A stretch of DNA of 64,000 nt from a bacterium (GTDB taxonomy: Bacteria > UBA8248). A program made the position numbers and the translations under genes. Below, piece by piece: positions 39,165 to 50,941 of the stretch. The notes below the pieces were generated by a model. It was given only the letters and a program-made list of their open reading frames with translations. It ran no database searches and was not told where the DNA came from. Numbering within the stretch: the stretch's first letter is position 1; each line of letters begins with the position of its first letter. Location of the stretch: the NCBI GenBank assembly GCA_965202625.1, contig CBDBBI010000010.1:1504001-1568000 (forward strand), in the 5' to 3' direction.

Positions 39165-40637
39165 TCACAAAGATTGTCTCCACAATTCCAATCCGATGAC
39201 CAACGATTCCTCAACCCACAACTTGAATCTTTCTCCAAGAACATCTTCATCATCCAGATAGTTGAACTGAAAAATGTCATTACAAGAGGGCGCCAGTCGA
39301 ACAAATTCTTCTTTCGGGCTACCGCTCGCTGCCTTCACAAAGAAGGTGCCAGAACAAACCATTATCCCGCGAAATTCTTGGCCATATTGATGAAACGAGA
39401 ACAACAAAGTAGTTTTTTCATTATTTTCATTGCTAATTTGCAATGTATTCCATGCTCGATGGGCATTTAGACTAGACCAGTATTTCATTTTCCTGGCAGT
39501 ATCAACTATTTCTGCCTTATAATAATAAGAGATTCTATCCCCATCTTTCGCTTCAAGGCACCAAGCGTAATAACCTAGGTCCAACTTCCCCAATTCACAG
39601 TTCACCTCGTCTCTAGTCTTATTCAGCGTACTGGAAAGATTTGATTGTAATTTCTGCGCAAGTTCAAAAACACGTTTCATTTTCTCAACTTGCTCTTCTT
39701 TTCTTTTCTTGAGCTTCTCTCCCGCCGCTTCAATGATGGATAAAACCGGCCGTAGTCCTGCAACTTCATGAACAAGATGGAGTGCAGACAACAGACTCTT
39801 TTTTTGGCACTCCGATATAAAATTAACAAGACGAGAGAGGTCTCCCAAATCAGATTTCCTCAAAAAATCCAAATACTGACTTCTTGAATCATTTGGTATC
39901 ACAACCGGAAAAAGTCCTTTTCTTAAAAAAATCAAATTCACAATGGTCCTGGCAACCCGGCCGTTCCCATCCTGAAAAGGATGAATCTGGGTAAAACGGT
40001 GGTGCATCCATGCCGCAGCAACCTCCGTTGGCACATTTTGCGATGAATGTTTTTGATGTATTTCACACAGACGATCCATTTCAGAGGCGACATGCTCTGG
40101 GGGACAATACTCATAAAAAGTTCCATCTTCGGTGACAGGATTATTGGACTGGCGCTTCCAGTCACCTTTTCTCAGCTCAATCTCAACTGGCCGCCCCATT
40201 CCATCAACAGCCGAAACATACTTTTGAGATCTCATGAGAGCCGCGTGAAGTTCTTTGATATACCCAGTCGTCAATTGGCGATTTTGGGCGACAAAATCCA
40301 TTAAGCCATCATATACATTTGCATGGTCTCTTAAAAAATGAACTACTTCTTGCGGGGATTTATCTGTACTGCCCCTTGGAATAAGATCAGAGTTCAAGCC
40401 GTGCTCAATCAGCAATTGCGTCGTCCCCCGATCAATCGTATAAACGCGTTCGATAACTCCCGTTTCAATTGCCCATCTTCTTTTTAATTTTTCGTTAAAT
40501 TCTTTAAGAGTTTCCGTTTCTTCTAAAGAACCCTTTTGCTCTTTCCAAAGGCCAGACAAACTTTTCAACTCTTCACTAGCCATGTCTCGCCAGTTCGCCG
40601 GCAAATCTTCAATAGGATTCCATTTGTATCCAGACAT
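39165..40637 (-). CDS. Fic family protein
   Basis: [12 protein letters not shown] canonical Fic motif; markedly AT-rich. Confidence 0.92.
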   Translation of the reverse strand: MSGYKWNPIEDLPANWRDMASEELKSLSGLWKEQKGSLEETETLKEFNEKLKRRWAIETGVIERVYTIDRGTTQLLIEHGLNSDLIPRGSTDKSPQEVVHFLRDHANVYDGLMDFVAQNRQLTTGYIKELHAALMRSQKYVSAVDGMGRPVEIELRKGDWKRQSNNPVTEDGTFYEYCPPEHVASEMDRLCEIHQKHSSQNVPTEVAAAWMHHRFTQIHPFQDGNGRVARTIVNLIFLRKGLFPVVIPNDSRSQYLDFLRKSDLGDLSRLVNFISECQKKSLLSALHLVHEVAGLRPVLSIIEAAGEKLKKRKEEQVEKMKRVFELAQKLQSNLSSTLNKTRDEVNCELGKLDLGYYAWCLEAKDGDRISYYYKAEIVDTARKMKYWSSLNAHRAWNTLQISNENNEKTTLLFSFHQYGQEFRGIMVCSGTFFVKAASGSPKEEFVRLAPSCNDIFQFNYLDDEDVLGERFKLWVEESLVIGLELWRQSL

Positions 40638-40768
40638 ATACGGCTCCTTCGGCCTCTCTTACATCTGAAATAGAACGGAAATGACGTGATTTTCAACCCA
40701 TGAAGGGAGTCGACAGGAATTCAAACGTCCATCAGCACGGCGGCGGACGATTTAGTATCTTGGAAAAC

Positions 40769-41647
40769 CTATCTGTGCCAGCCCAGCCTCTCGGCAATCT
40801 GCAAGAGGATGTCAGCGCGGTTGAGCGCGTAGACGTGAAAATGCCGGACGCCCATCTCCATGAGCGCCTGCATCTGGGCCGCGGCGAGATCTGCGGATTT
40901 CTCCCGAAAAGCCTCCGGATCGTCCTCGTAGGGCGCGAGGGCGTCAACGATGCGCGGCGGAACACTCGCCCCGCACTTCTCGGCGAAGCGCTGTGCCTGG
41001 GCCACGTTCCGGATGGGCAGGATGCCGGGCGCTAAGCCGATGCGCACGCCCCGCCTGCTCGTCTCCTCCATGAAACGCTCCCAGACCTGGGCCTCAAAAA
41101 AGAATTGGGAAGCCGCGTAATCCGCCCCCTCGTCCACCTTCTGGACGAAATAGTCCATGTCCTTGGCCCTATCCGGCGTCTCGGGGTGTCCTTCGGGGTA
41201 GCAGGCCACACCTATGGAGGAGAGGCCGTCGAGACGCCTGAGCCACCGCACGAGGTCGGCGGCGTGGCAAAACCCTCCGGCGACGGCCTCCTCCCGCGTC
41301 ATGCCATCCGGAACGTCTCCTCGAAGCGCCAGAACGTCGCGCATCCCGTTTTCGATATAGGAGGAGGTGAGGCGCGAGATTTCCTCCTCATCAGCGCCCA
41401 CGCACGTGAGATGCGCCACCACGCGCTCCGGATAGCGCGCGGAGAGCGCGAGCACCAGCTCCAGCGTGCCCTCCCGCGTGGAGCCGCCCGCCCCGTAGGT
41501 CACCGAGGTGAAGGCGACCTCCATCGCGCCCTGAATCGCCTCCATCTCGCGCAGGGCGCGCTCTACCGCCTTGCGGCCCTTGGGCGGATACAGCTCGACC
41601 GAGACGCTCACGTCTGGAGAGGAGATGCTCTCGATAATCGCTGACAA
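40769..41647 (-). CDS. metF: 5,10-methylenetetrahydrofolate reductase
   Basis: SVELYPPK, SVTYGAGGST, AHLTC, LALRGD, YPEGHPE, HVYALNR. Confidence 0.92.
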   Translation of the reverse strand: MSAIIESISSPDVSVSVELYPPKGRKAVERALREMEAIQGAMEVAFTSVTYGAGGSTREGTLELVLALSARYPERVVAHLTCVGADEEEISRLTSSYIENGMRDVLALRGDVPDGMTREEAVAGGFCHAADLVRWLRRLDGLSSIGVACYPEGHPETPDRAKDMDYFVQKVDEGADYAASQFFFEAQVWERFMEETSRRGVRIGLAPGILPIRNVAQAQRFAEKCGASVPPRIVDALAPYEDDPEAFREKSADLAAAQMQALMEMGVRHFHVYALNRADILLQIAERLGWHR

Positions 41648-41867
41648 TGCACGACCCTTCGGCGGCGACGCGGTGCGGGCGTCGCGGAAATGAGAGACGT
41701 CAAAACCGTAAAATCAGAACTTTACAAGTCCAAACTCTCCTTGGACGGAAGCGCTGTATGAAAGAAATCGGCATGAAGAATGGATCATGTCGATCCAGTG
41801 CATCATCGCACCTAAAAAACGGGTGCGGGGCGAATCCGCCCCGCACCCGCAAACGCCAAAAAGGGGA

Positions 41868-42332
41868 CTAGCCCAAACTTTCAAGCGCCGCAAACAGTTC
41901 GTCGTCGTCGGGCCTCTCGGGCGGGGCGGCCGTCACCTCCACGTAGGCGACCTTCCCCTCCTTGTTGACGAGAATCACCGCGCGGTTGCTAAAACCCTTC
42001 TCGTTCAGCAGCCCGTAGGCCGCGCACGTCTTCTTGCCGAAAAAATCGCTCAGCAGCGGAAACTCGATTCCGTATTTCTCCGCCCATGCCGCGTGCGCGA
42101 ACGGGCTGTCCACGCTGATGCCGAGAATCTCGCACTCGGCGTCGTCGAATTTCTCCTTCGCCGCCTGATAGGCGGGCAGCTGCTCGCTGCACACGGAGGA
42201 GAAGTCGAACGGATAGAAGCACAAAAGAACGTTTTTCTTTCCGCGATAACCGCTCAGTTTGACGGTGTCGCCCTCCGCCAGGGTTCTCGGCAGTTCAAAG
42301 TCGGGCGCCGCGTCGCCTACGCTTAGCGTCAT
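41868..42332 (-). CDS. peroxiredoxin (AhpC/TSA, AhpE-like)
   Basis: [34 protein letters not shown]. Confidence 0.88.
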   Translation of the reverse strand: MTLSVGDAAPDFELPRTLAEGDTVKLSGYRGKKNVLLCFYPFDFSSVCSEQLPAYQAAKEKFDDAECEILGISVDSPFAHAAWAEKYGIEFPLLSDFFGKKTCAAYGLLNEKGFSNRAVILVNKEGKVAYVEVTAAPPERPDDDELFAALESLG

Positions 42333-42346
42333 GAGCTCGCCCTCCC

Positions 42347-42934
<588 letters not shown>

Positions 42935-43114
42935 TTTGTCTTCTCCTCAATAGGAATGGAAGGCTTCTGTCGTTTGGCTGTAAAGGGTCGGGCGAACGCT
43001 CAAGAGAACGCCCCGCACGTTTTACGCTTCCGGATTGCGCAACGAGGTCGTATTCTATGAAAGAGCGCATCGTGCGTCAAACCCGATTCTGCGGATGGAG
43101 CGGTGCCCACGCCC

Positions 43115-44014
43115 CTAGTCGGGCGTCTGCGTCTGATGAATTTCATCGAAATGCCGGTAGAGCAGGGACATGTCCTCCTCCATCATCCCCCGCGCGACGG
43201 CTTTCCTCAAAAACGAGCGCGTCTGCTCGGCCAGGGGCACGTCCGCCCCGCGCTCCCTCCCCATGTCGACGGCGATGCCGACGTCCTTTTGCAGGTTGTA
43301 GACGCGCGCCTGCGCGTTCCACTCCCCGGAGAGGATGTTGTTCGGAAAGCGGTGGCGGCTGGCGTAGCTGTAGGCGGTGGAGACGTTGAAGACGTCGATC
43401 ATATCCTCCACACGCATCCCCAGCCGCTCGACCAGGCGCGCTCCCTCGCAGGTCGCCAGAAACATTGTGTGAAGCACCATGTTGTGAACGAGTTTCATGG
43501 CGTGGCCGGAGCCTTGCGGACCCAGGTGAAAGACGTTCTCGACGAAGGGTTCGAGATATTTTCTCGTTCGCCGGAGGAGTTTCGCGTCCCCGCCGATCAT
43601 GAGGGTCAGGTTCCCCGCCAGGACGCCCGCCGGCCCCCCGCTCATGCCCGCGTCGAGATACCCCAGGCCCGCGCGCGCGGCACGGCGCGCCAGGCGCCTC
43701 GTCTCGGCCGGATCGGAAGTCGTCAGATCATAGACGACCAGCCCCTTTCGCGCGTTTCGCAGCAATCCCCCCTTGCCCCGAAAGCATTCCCCGATCTCAC
43801 GGGAGGAGGGCACGACGAAGAAGACGACCGCGCAGGATTTCGCCATATCTCCGGGCGTCTCGATGGAGACGCCGCTCGTTCTCCCGAACGGCCGGCGCGC
43901 CGCCTCGGAGACGTCCCAGAGGCACAAGGGGGTTTTCGCCCCGATGAGCCTTCGCGCCACCGGGCCTCCCATGCGCCCCAAGCCGACGACGCCTACCCTC
44001 GCCCCTCTCGCCAT
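43115..44014 (-). CDS. NAD(P)-dependent oxidoreductase, 3-hydroxyisobutyrate dehydrogenase family
   Basis: GLGRMG, LDAGMSGG, LTLMIGG, GSGHAMKLVHN. Confidence 0.88.
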   Translation of the reverse strand: MARGARVGVVGLGRMGGPVARRLIGAKTPLCLWDVSEAARRPFGRTSGVSIETPGDMAKSCAVVFFVVPSSREIGECFRGKGGLLRNARKGLVVYDLTTSDPAETRRLARRAARAGLGYLDAGMSGGPAGVLAGNLTLMIGGDAKLLRRTRKYLEPFVENVFHLGPQGSGHAMKLVHNMVLHTMFLATCEGARLVERLGMRVEDMIDVFNVSTAYSYASRHRFPNNILSGEWNAQARVYNLQKDVGIAVDMGRERGADVPLAEQTRSFLRKAVARGMMEEDMSLLYRHFDEIHQTQTPD

Positions 44015-44060
44015 TCGGACACCTCAGGGGGGATTATCCGCGGAAAGGATTTTTATGGAA

Positions 44061-44137
44061 TGGAGCCGACGACCGGACTTGAACCGGTGACCTGCTGATT
44101 ACGAATCAGCTGCTCTACCTATCTGAGCTACGTCGGC
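44061..44137 (-). tRNA. tRNA-Thr(CGT)
   Basis: GCCGACGTAGCTCAG...CTGATT-CGT-AATCAG...GGTTCAAGTCC...CTCCA cloverleaf. Confidence 0.96.
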
Positions 44138-44262
44138 CCATGCGGAGCCTGCGGTGCTCGCGCGGTGGTATTCAACACGCGCAACCCGCCTCCGTCAAGC
44201 CGAGAGGGAGCGAACGCGCCAGAGACGAGAGATTCCCGCCCACCGGACTTTCGTTTCCAGGG

Positions 44263-44291
44263 TTGACTTCCAGTGCCGCTCGGCGTAAATC
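44263..44291 (+). promoter_or_regulatory. sigma70-like promoter of tRNA-Lys (TTGACT-N17-TAAATC)
   Basis: hexamers with 17-nt spacing 14 nt upstream of tRNA. Confidence 0.55.
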
Positions 44292-44304
44292 TCATGTTTC
44301 TTTT

Positions 44305-44380
<76 letters not shown>

Positions 44381-44772
44381 CGAATCGCCCCAGACCTCGT
44401 TTGGGTTCCGCATCATTCTATGGACGGCCGGGGGGTCGCCGGCGAGCGGGGATGAACGCACGGAACGCGGACAAATCATGGAGAGAGCGAACGTGGGCAT
44501 CCCCATCCGGGCGACTTCGCGCGGCCTGCATAAAGGAGGACAGGGCGGAATGCGTCGACGCGATGTCGGCCATGAGAATCGGTGCGCGGGTACGCACAAG
44601 CCGGCATCCGCCGCCGGACCGGCGGAGCACAGCATCTTTCATGGGTTCTCCTCCTCAAGAAAGTCCTCGCAACCTATCAGGAAGTCGGACGTGAAAAGAA
44701 CCCGGACATGCACGATCAACCGGCCTCTGGATATTCACCCTCTTCTCCCCTAACCTTTATTGTTTATTGCGA

Positions 44773-45237
44773 ATGGCGAATTCTCCCCCCAAAAACGACA
44801 AGCCCGATTTCGTCTGGGAGAACCTGGAAGTCGGCATGCGCATCGGCGAGCGCAGCCTCTTGGTGACGCAAGAGATGGTGGACGCGCACTGCGAGGCCGT
44901 GGGCGCGCGGAGGGGGTGGTATGAGGGCGACTCACCCGCCGGCGGACCCATTGCGCCGCCGATGCTATTCATCAACGACCTGCTCGCCATATATGATGCG
45001 AACTACGCGCGATTCGGCACCATCCACGCCAAGCTCGGCTACTGCTTCCACCGACCCGTGCGAGTGGGCGCGACCGTGCGGCAAGAGGTCACAGTGAAGG
45101 ATTTATACGTGAAGAGGGGGAAGGGATGGGTGGTAAGCGAGCTGCGCGTCACGAACGAGGCGGGCGACCTGCTCCTCACCTCCACCCATACCTCGCTCCT
45201 CAGCCTCACGAGAAGGCATGAGAGCGAGAATGCGTGA
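44773..45237 (+). CDS. MaoC-like hotdog-fold protein
   Basis: ENLEVG, GGPIAPP, HAKLGYCFHRPVRVG, YVKRGK. Confidence 0.75.
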   Translation: MANSPPKNDKPDFVWENLEVGMRIGERSLLVTQEMVDAHCEAVGARRGWYEGDSPAGGPIAPPMLFINDLLAIYDANYARFGTIHAKLGYCFHRPVRVGATVRQEVTVKDLYVKRGKGWVVSELRVTNEAGDLLLTSTHTSLLSLTRRHESENA

Positions 45238-45667
45238 ACCCTCGGCCCCGCTCGAAACTATGCGGGTGGGCGACGCCCTCCCCGGCAGGACTTACCAGGT
45301 CGGCCGGAAGGAGATTCTGAAATTCAACCGCTACGTCACCGGCGGGCGGGATACGAAGAACATCCACACTGACGACGAGACGGCGCGAAAGGCGGGCCTG
45401 CCCCGCGCGGTAGCGACCGGCCGCCACCCCGTCTCCTTCATCGCTGAGCTCATGGTCGACCACCTGGGCATGGGCTTCATAGCGGGCGGTGCCCTTGAGG
45501 TCTCCTTCGTGAAGCCCATATTTCCGGGCGACTCCCTGCGTCTCTCGGCGACGCTGAAAGAGAGAAGGGGAGAAAACGGGGGGACGCTCTACCTCTTCGA
45601 CGTCGCGCTGATCAACCAGGACGACGCGGTCGTCACCGTCGGGACGGCCGGCGGACGCCTCGCCTAG
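45230..45667 (+). CDS. MaoC family dehydratase
   Basis: NIHTDDETARKAGLPRAVATG, VSFVKPIFPGD. Confidence 0.82.
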   Translation: MREPSAPLETMRVGDALPGRTYQVGRKEILKFNRYVTGGRDTKNIHTDDETARKAGLPRAVATGRHPVSFIAELMVDHLGMGFIAGGALEVSFVKPIFPGDSLRLSATLKERRGENGGTLYLFDVALINQDDAVVTVGTAGGRLA

Positions 45668-45677
45668 CCCGCAGCCC

Positions 45678-47795
45678 ATGGCCGAGCGCGCCTCCCTCGA
45701 CAGCCTTTTTCATCCCCAATCCTTCGCGGTCGTGGGCGCGTCCGCAAACCTGCACCGGCTCGGGGGAATCCCCTTGCGCCTCACGAAGCAATATGGATTT
45801 TCCGGCGCCATCTACCCGATCAACCCCAGACACGAGGAGATAGCGGGGCTGAAATGCTACCCGGACGTCGCCTCCCTGCCGGACGCGCCCGAGTTTGCCC
45901 TCATCTGCACGCCGAGGGACGACGTTCTCCCCGCCCTCGCCCAGTGCGCGCAGCGGGGGGTGAAGGCGGCGGCCGTCATCACCTCGGGCTTCGGGGAGAC
46001 CGGCGCGCGCGGCATGGCGCTTCAGGATAGGATTCTCGAGGTTTGCGCCGCGTCCGGCATGAGGGTGCTCGGCCCCAACTGCATGGGCGTGGTGCACGTG
46101 CGCTCAAGACTCATGGCCACCTTCACGATATCGATTCGAGAGGACGACCCGCTCATTCCGGGCGCGGCGGCCATCGTCACCCAGAGCGGCGCCATGGGGG
46201 CGTGCATGCTCACGGGCTTGCAGGAGAGCGGCGCCGGACTCAGCAGCCTTGTGAGCCTGGGCAACGAGGCGGACGTCGACTTCGCCGAGTGCGTGGACTA
46301 TTTTCTGGACGACCCGCACACGCGCGTCATCTGCGGCTATCTCGAATCGGTCCGGGACGGCGCGCGTCTCAGGCGGGCCGCCGCCCGCGCCCTAGAGCGG
46401 GGAAAGCCCATCGTCCTGCTCAAGGGCGGAAAGACCGAGGCGGGCGCCCGCGCCGCGCGAAGCCACACCGCCGCCATCACGACCGCAAGCGACGTGTTCG
46501 CTGCCTTCGCCGATCAATACGGGATTCAGGTGCTGGACTCCATGGATGAATTCCTCGAAGTCGCGGACTTTCTCGCGCGCTCGAAGCCGATACGGGGAAA
46601 CCGCCTGGGCGTCGTCAGTTTCTCGGGCGGGCTGGGCGCACTCGCCGCCGACCTCGCCACCGCCTCGGGCTTTCGCCTCCCCGTTCTGGGACGAGAGACG
46701 CAAGGAAAGCTCAAGGCCATCCTCCCCGCCTACGCCCCGACGGACAATCCCGTAGATCTCGTCTCCCTCATGGTCAGCCGCCCCGAAAGCCAGCCCCTGC
46801 GAGCGGCGGGCGAGGCGGTGGCCTCGGACGAGGGAGTGGACGCCCTCCTCTTCATGATGGGCGTATACCACCACATGGGCGATCAAATCGCGCGGGAGGC
46901 GAAAGCGCTGTTCGATTCCCTGGAAACGCCCCTCGCCTTCACGTGGCTCACGGGCCCTCAGGAGCAGATTCAGGCGCTCAAGAAGCGATCTGTGCCCGTT
47001 TTCCGCGACCATTCACGGGCGATTCGGGGGCTGGGCGCGCTTCTCTCCATCAAGCGTGCCAGGGATGCGGCGTCATCCCGCCCCCGGGCGGTGAATCGCG
47101 CGCGCGCGGAGGCGGCCAGAGAAATCCTGAGAAACCACACCCCCTCTCTGGATGGCTTTCTCCCGCCCGAGGCTTGCGCGAAGATTCTCGACCTCTACGA
47201 GATTCCTCGGCCCCGAGAGGTTATCGCCGCGACGCCTGGAGAGGCGCTCAAGGCGCGGGAGGCGCTTCAACGTCCCGTAGCGCTGAAAGTCGTCTCCCAC
47301 AGCCTCACGCACAAAACCGAGGCGGGCGGCGTGATCCTGAATCTCAGCGATTCGGAGCGGATTCTGGCGGAAGCGGAGAAACTGCTCGCCCTCGCCCCCG
47401 ACGCGCGCCTCCTCGTCCAGGAGATGGTCGAAGGCGGGGTCGAGCTCCTGATCGGCGCGTCGTTCGATGCGACTTTCGGTCCATGCGTCACGGCGGGCCT
47501 GGGCGGGACCTACGTCGAAGCGCTCGAGGACGTCGCGCGCCTGCTGCCCCCCTTCGACGACGCCCATGCCGAAAGGGCGCTCCTGGGACTTCGCGCGCGC
47601 GCCATTCTTGAGGGCTTTCGGGGCGGGCCGGTCGTTTCCCTTCCGCTCGTATCCGATATAATCGTCAAAATCTCGGAGTTCGCGCTCGCAGAGGAGGTCG
47701 CCGAAATGGAGGTCAACCCGCTCATCGCCACGGCGAGGAGCTGCCGCGCCGTGGACGTCCGCATAAAGGTAAAGCGCGAGGGAGAGGAGAAGTGA
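45678..47795 (+). CDS. acetate/acyl-CoA ligase (ADP-forming) family, alpha-beta fusion
   Basis: AVVGASA, YPINP, LGPNCMG, TQSGA, SLGNEAD, SHTA, NPVD, HKTEAGGV ATP-grasp. Confidence 0.9.
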   Translation: MAERASLDSLFHPQSFAVVGASANLHRLGGIPLRLTKQYGFSGAIYPINPRHEEIAGLKCYPDVASLPDAPEFALICTPRDDVLPALAQCAQRGVKAAAVITSGFGETGARGMALQDRILEVCAASGMRVLGPNCMGVVHVRSRLMATFTISIREDDPLIPGAAAIVTQSGAMGACMLTGLQESGAGLSSLVSLGNEADVDFAECVDYFLDDPHTRVICGYLESVRDGARLRRAAARALERGKPIVLLKGGKTEAGARAARSHTAAITTASDVFAAFADQYGIQVLDSMDEFLEVADFLARSKPIRGNRLGVVSFSGGLGALAADLATASGFRLPVLGRETQGKLKAILPAYAPTDNPVDLVSLMVSRPESQPLRAAGEAVASDEGVDALLFMMGVYHHMGDQIAREAKALFDSLETPLAFTWLTGPQEQIQALKKRSVPVFRDHSRAIRGLGALLSIKRARDAASSRPRAVNRARAEAAREILRNHTPSLDGFLPPEACAKILDLYEIPRPREVIAATPGEALKAREALQRPVALKVVSHSLTHKTEAGGVILNLSDSERILAEAEKLLALAPDARLLVQEMVEGGVELLIGASFDATFGPCVTAGLGGTYVEALEDVARLLPPFDDAHAERALLGLRARAILEGFRGGPVVSLPLVSDIIVKISEFALAEEVAEMEVNPLIATARSCRAVDVRIKVKREGEEK

Positions 47796-48238
47796 GCGGG
47801 AGGATCACGCCGGAGATTCTCTCCCTGGTAGGGCGAAAGCACGGCCCCTATCGCGTCAGGGTCGAGCGGGGAGCGATAGAGAAATTCGCGGACGCGATCG
47901 GAGACCCGAGTCCGGCTTACCGGGGACCGCAGGCCATCGCACCCCCTACGTTTCCCGCCACATTCCGGCCGGAGGACACCTATCCCGACGTGCCCGCGGA
48001 TTTCGGCGACGTAGGGCTTCACGCCTCCCAAACCTATGAGGTCGAAAGGCCCCTTCGCGCCGGAGACGAACTGGACGTCTCCTTCACCATCGTGCGCATC
48101 ACGGAGAAGTCGGGCCGCTCCGGCGACCTCGTGCTCATCGAGCGCGAATACGAGTTTCTGGACGCGCGGGGGGGGGAGCGCGTCGGCGGGGGAAAATGGG
48201 TGTCTCTCAGACGATTTCAGAAACAGGAGAAACGATGA
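47792..48238 (+). CDS. MaoC dehydratase N-terminal (FAS1/HadA-like) protein
   Basis: VERGAIEKFADAIGD, APPTF, LHASQTYE..RPLRAGD, EKSGRSG. Confidence 0.82.
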   Translation: MSGRITPEILSLVGRKHGPYRVRVERGAIEKFADAIGDPSPAYRGPQAIAPPTFPATFRPEDTYPDVPADFGDVGLHASQTYEVERPLRAGDELDVSFTIVRITEKSGRSGDLVLIEREYEFLDARGGERVGGGKWVSLRRFQKQEKR

Positions 48239-48642
48239 GCCGCCAAAAGGGCGAGGCGCTCCCCGCGCTCATAAAAGAACCCGTATCGAGGACGCAGCTC
48301 GTGAAATACGCCGGTGCGAGCGGGGACTACAACCCGATTCACTTCGACGATGCGGCGGCGCGCGCGCGCGGGCTGGAGGGCGTCATCGCCCATGGAATGC
48401 TGTCGATGGGGTTTCTCGGACAGTTCATCGAGAACACCTTCGGCGCGGGAAACCACAAAAGACTCGAGGTCCGCTTTCAGGGCATGGTGCGACTCGGCGA
48501 GGCGATCACCTGCCGCGGCGTCATCACAGACATCGCGGAGGAGAAAGACCGCCCTTACGCCATATGCGAAATAGAGGCAATTGACTCAGGCGGCCACGTC
48601 GTCACCTCGGGCACGGCCCACGCCTGGCTGGACGCAACCTAA
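48235..48642 (+). CDS. MaoC family dehydratase (HadB-like)
   Basis: YAGASGDYNPIHFD..IAHGM hydratase-2 motif. Confidence 0.88.
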   Translation: MSRQKGEALPALIKEPVSRTQLVKYAGASGDYNPIHFDDAAARARGLEGVIAHGMLSMGFLGQFIENTFGAGNHKRLEVRFQGMVRLGEAITCRGVITDIAEEKDRPYAICEIEAIDSGGHVVTSGTAHAWLDAT

Positions 48643-48662
48643 GGCAAGGAGGGAGAAATTCC

Positions 48663-49406
48663 ATGAGGCTTGAGAACAAGAACGCCCTCGTCACGGGCGC
48701 CGGGCAGGGCATCGGACGCGCGGTCTGCCTGCGCTTCGCCGAGGAGGGGGCGCGGGTGTTCGCCGTCGACGCGAACGAGGAGGGAGGCGAGGAGACGGCG
48801 CGCCTGATTCGGGAGGCCGGCGGACGGGCAAGGTTTCACAAGACCGACGTGAGCCTGGCGGATGAGGTAGAGGACGCGCTCGACGCCGCCGAAAGCGCGC
48901 ACGGCCCCATCCACGTCATGGTGAACAACGCCGGCATCGTGCGGGCGGCCATGCTCCACAAGATGACGGAAGCACAATGGGACGCCGTGCTCGCCGTGCA
49001 CCTCAAAGGAACCTGGGCGGGCATACGCGGGGCGGCAAAGCGCATGATCCCCCGCAAGGAAGGACGCATCATCAACGTCACATCGGGTGCCGGGCTGCGC
49101 GGTGCGATCGGGCAGATAAACTACGCCGCCGCCAAGATGGGGATCGTCGGCGCGACCAAAAGCGCCGCGCGCGAGCTGGGCCGCTACAACATCACCGTCA
49201 ACTGCGTCTCGCCGGCGGCGATCACCCCGATGACGGAGACGATACGCACCGATGAGCGTTTCGAGTCGAAATATCTGGATCGCATCTGCCTCGGCAGATG
49301 GGGGGAGCCGGAGGAGATGGCGGCCGGCTTCGTTTTCCTCGCCTCGGACGAGGCGAGCTACGTGACCGGCATCGTCCTGAGAATCGACGGTGGCCTTGGA
49401 ATCTGA
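48663..49406 (+). CDS. SDR family 3-oxoacyl reductase
   Basis: TGAGQGIG, NNAG, YAAAK. Confidence 0.9.
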   Translation: MRLENKNALVTGAGQGIGRAVCLRFAEEGARVFAVDANEEGGEETARLIREAGGRARFHKTDVSLADEVEDALDAAESAHGPIHVMVNNAGIVRAAMLHKMTEAQWDAVLAVHLKGTWAGIRGAAKRMIPRKEGRIINVTSGAGLRGAIGQINYAAAKMGIVGATKSAARELGRYNITVNCVSPAAITPMTETIRTDERFESKYLDRICLGRWGEPEEMAAGFVFLASDEASYVTGIVLRIDGGLGI

Positions 49407-49862
49407 TTCTCTCGATTCCGCCGCTCCCTCCCTCTTGGGTCGATACCTATAAAGATGGAAGAAAACTCCATAGGGACAATCCCCTGTGGTCGTCCCGCCT
49501 CCGGCAGGGGCACATGGCAGGAGATAGGGCACGACCTCCTGCCCCTACCTCAAAACCTCCCCCCAAAAATACCCGACGCCGAACGCCGGAGCTCCTCCCC
49601 GCAAGGTCGCGCCACGCCACGACTCAAATTGTGGAGATCGCGCCGTCTTGACCCGTCCACGGCCCGCAAAGGTTCATCCCTCTGCGTCTGGTCTCCCCTT
49701 GATGGGGCTGATAGAATGCCTTTTGCTTTTCTTGTCATCGCGGCACCCGAAACCGGCGAGAAAAAAGGGGGAATTTCGACTTTTGCCACAATGACGAGGC
49801 TGGACGCCGGAGCGACGCGCGCCAAAGAGCGTCATCACACGTCGACAACGGAGAAAACTCCC

Positions 49863-50891
49863 ATGAAGGCAATGATTCTGAAAAAATTCGGCCAGCCGCT
49901 CGCCTACGAGGAGGCACCTGAGCCGAGGATAGGGCCCCGCCAGGTGCTTGTGGAATCTAAGGCGAACGGCCTGTGCGCGACGGATCTGAAAATCGTGGAC
50001 GGGCGCGTCAAGACGGCGCCCACCCCCCTGATGCTCGGCCATGAGAACGCCGGCGTCGTCCTTGAGGTGGGCGCGGAGGTGGAGACCGTCGCGCCGGGCG
50101 ACCGTGTGGTCGTGGTGAGCAAGCAGACCTGCGGACGCTGCCGGATGTGCCGCGCGGGGCACGAGGAAATGTGCCTGAACTCGCCCGGACGCTTGGGCAT
50201 CGAGATGGACGGAGGTTTCGGCCAGCTCGTCGCAGCGTCGGAGCGGAACCTGGTCAAGGTGGGCGAGAACGTCTCGCTCGCCGCCGCCTCCCTGATCGGC
50301 GGAACGCTCGGCTCCCCGCTCCACGCCATCCGCATGGCGCGCCCGGAGATGGGCGAGTGCGCCGTCATATTCGGAGTCGGCGGTCTGGGTCTGCACGCGC
50401 TGCAAATCCTTCGCCACCTGGGGGCGGGCGTCATCGCCGTGGACGTCCAGGAGGAGAAGCTCGCGAAGGCGAGGGAGCTGGGCGCGTTCGAGACCATCAA
50501 CGCCGCCCGAAGCGATCCGGTCGACGTCGTGATGGAGATCACGAACGGACTGGGGGCGGACATTGCGCTTGAGATCGTGGGCGGAGACGCCGTGCCGCCC
50601 GTGATTCAGCAGTGCGTCGAGCTGCTGCGCCCCGGCGGCCGCCTCGTCATTCTGGGCTACGCCTTCGGCCAGCGGGTGGAGATAGACCCCGCGCAACTCG
50701 TCTATAAGTGGCTCCAGATCATCGCGTCTCACAACCACACCGCGCGCGACGTGGCCGACGCGGCGAGTCTGGTGAACGACGGCCGCGTGCGCGCCGTCAT
50801 CACCGAGGAGGCGCCGATGCGCGAGGCGAACGATGCGCTGGCCTCCCTGCGCGCGGGCGATCCGGTAGGCCGCATCGTCCTCACGTGGTAG
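49863..50891 (+). CDS. zinc-dependent alcohol dehydrogenase
   Basis: GLCATD, LGHENAG, CGRCRMC..C, GVGGLG. Confidence 0.9.
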   Translation: MKAMILKKFGQPLAYEEAPEPRIGPRQVLVESKANGLCATDLKIVDGRVKTAPTPLMLGHENAGVVLEVGAEVETVAPGDRVVVVSKQTCGRCRMCRAGHEEMCLNSPGRLGIEMDGGFGQLVAASERNLVKVGENVSLAAASLIGGTLGSPLHAIRMARPEMGECAVIFGVGGLGLHALQILRHLGAGVIAVDVQEEKLAKARELGAFETINAARSDPVDVVMEITNGLGADIALEIVGGDAVPPVIQQCVELLRPGGRLVILGYAFGQRVEIDPAQLVYKWLQIIASHNHTARDVADAASLVNDGRVRAVITEEAPMREANDALASLRAGDPVGRIVLTW

Positions 50892-50941
50892 GCGGGCGGC
50901 GCATTCGTTCCCACCCAACAACATCATCCGAGGGAGACGGC

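Noticed and set aside
44418-44642. 74-aa minus-strand ORF with strong RBS after tRNA-Lys
   Set aside because: Composition looks non-coding or decayed and no family is recognisable
44766-44777. Third occurrence of attgcgaatggc from the boundary repeat
   Set aside because: Only 12 nt, overlaps a start codon, flanks do not match
48168-48176. G9 homopolymer as phase-variation tract
   Set aside because: Short, in frame, in a metabolic gene of a GC-rich genome
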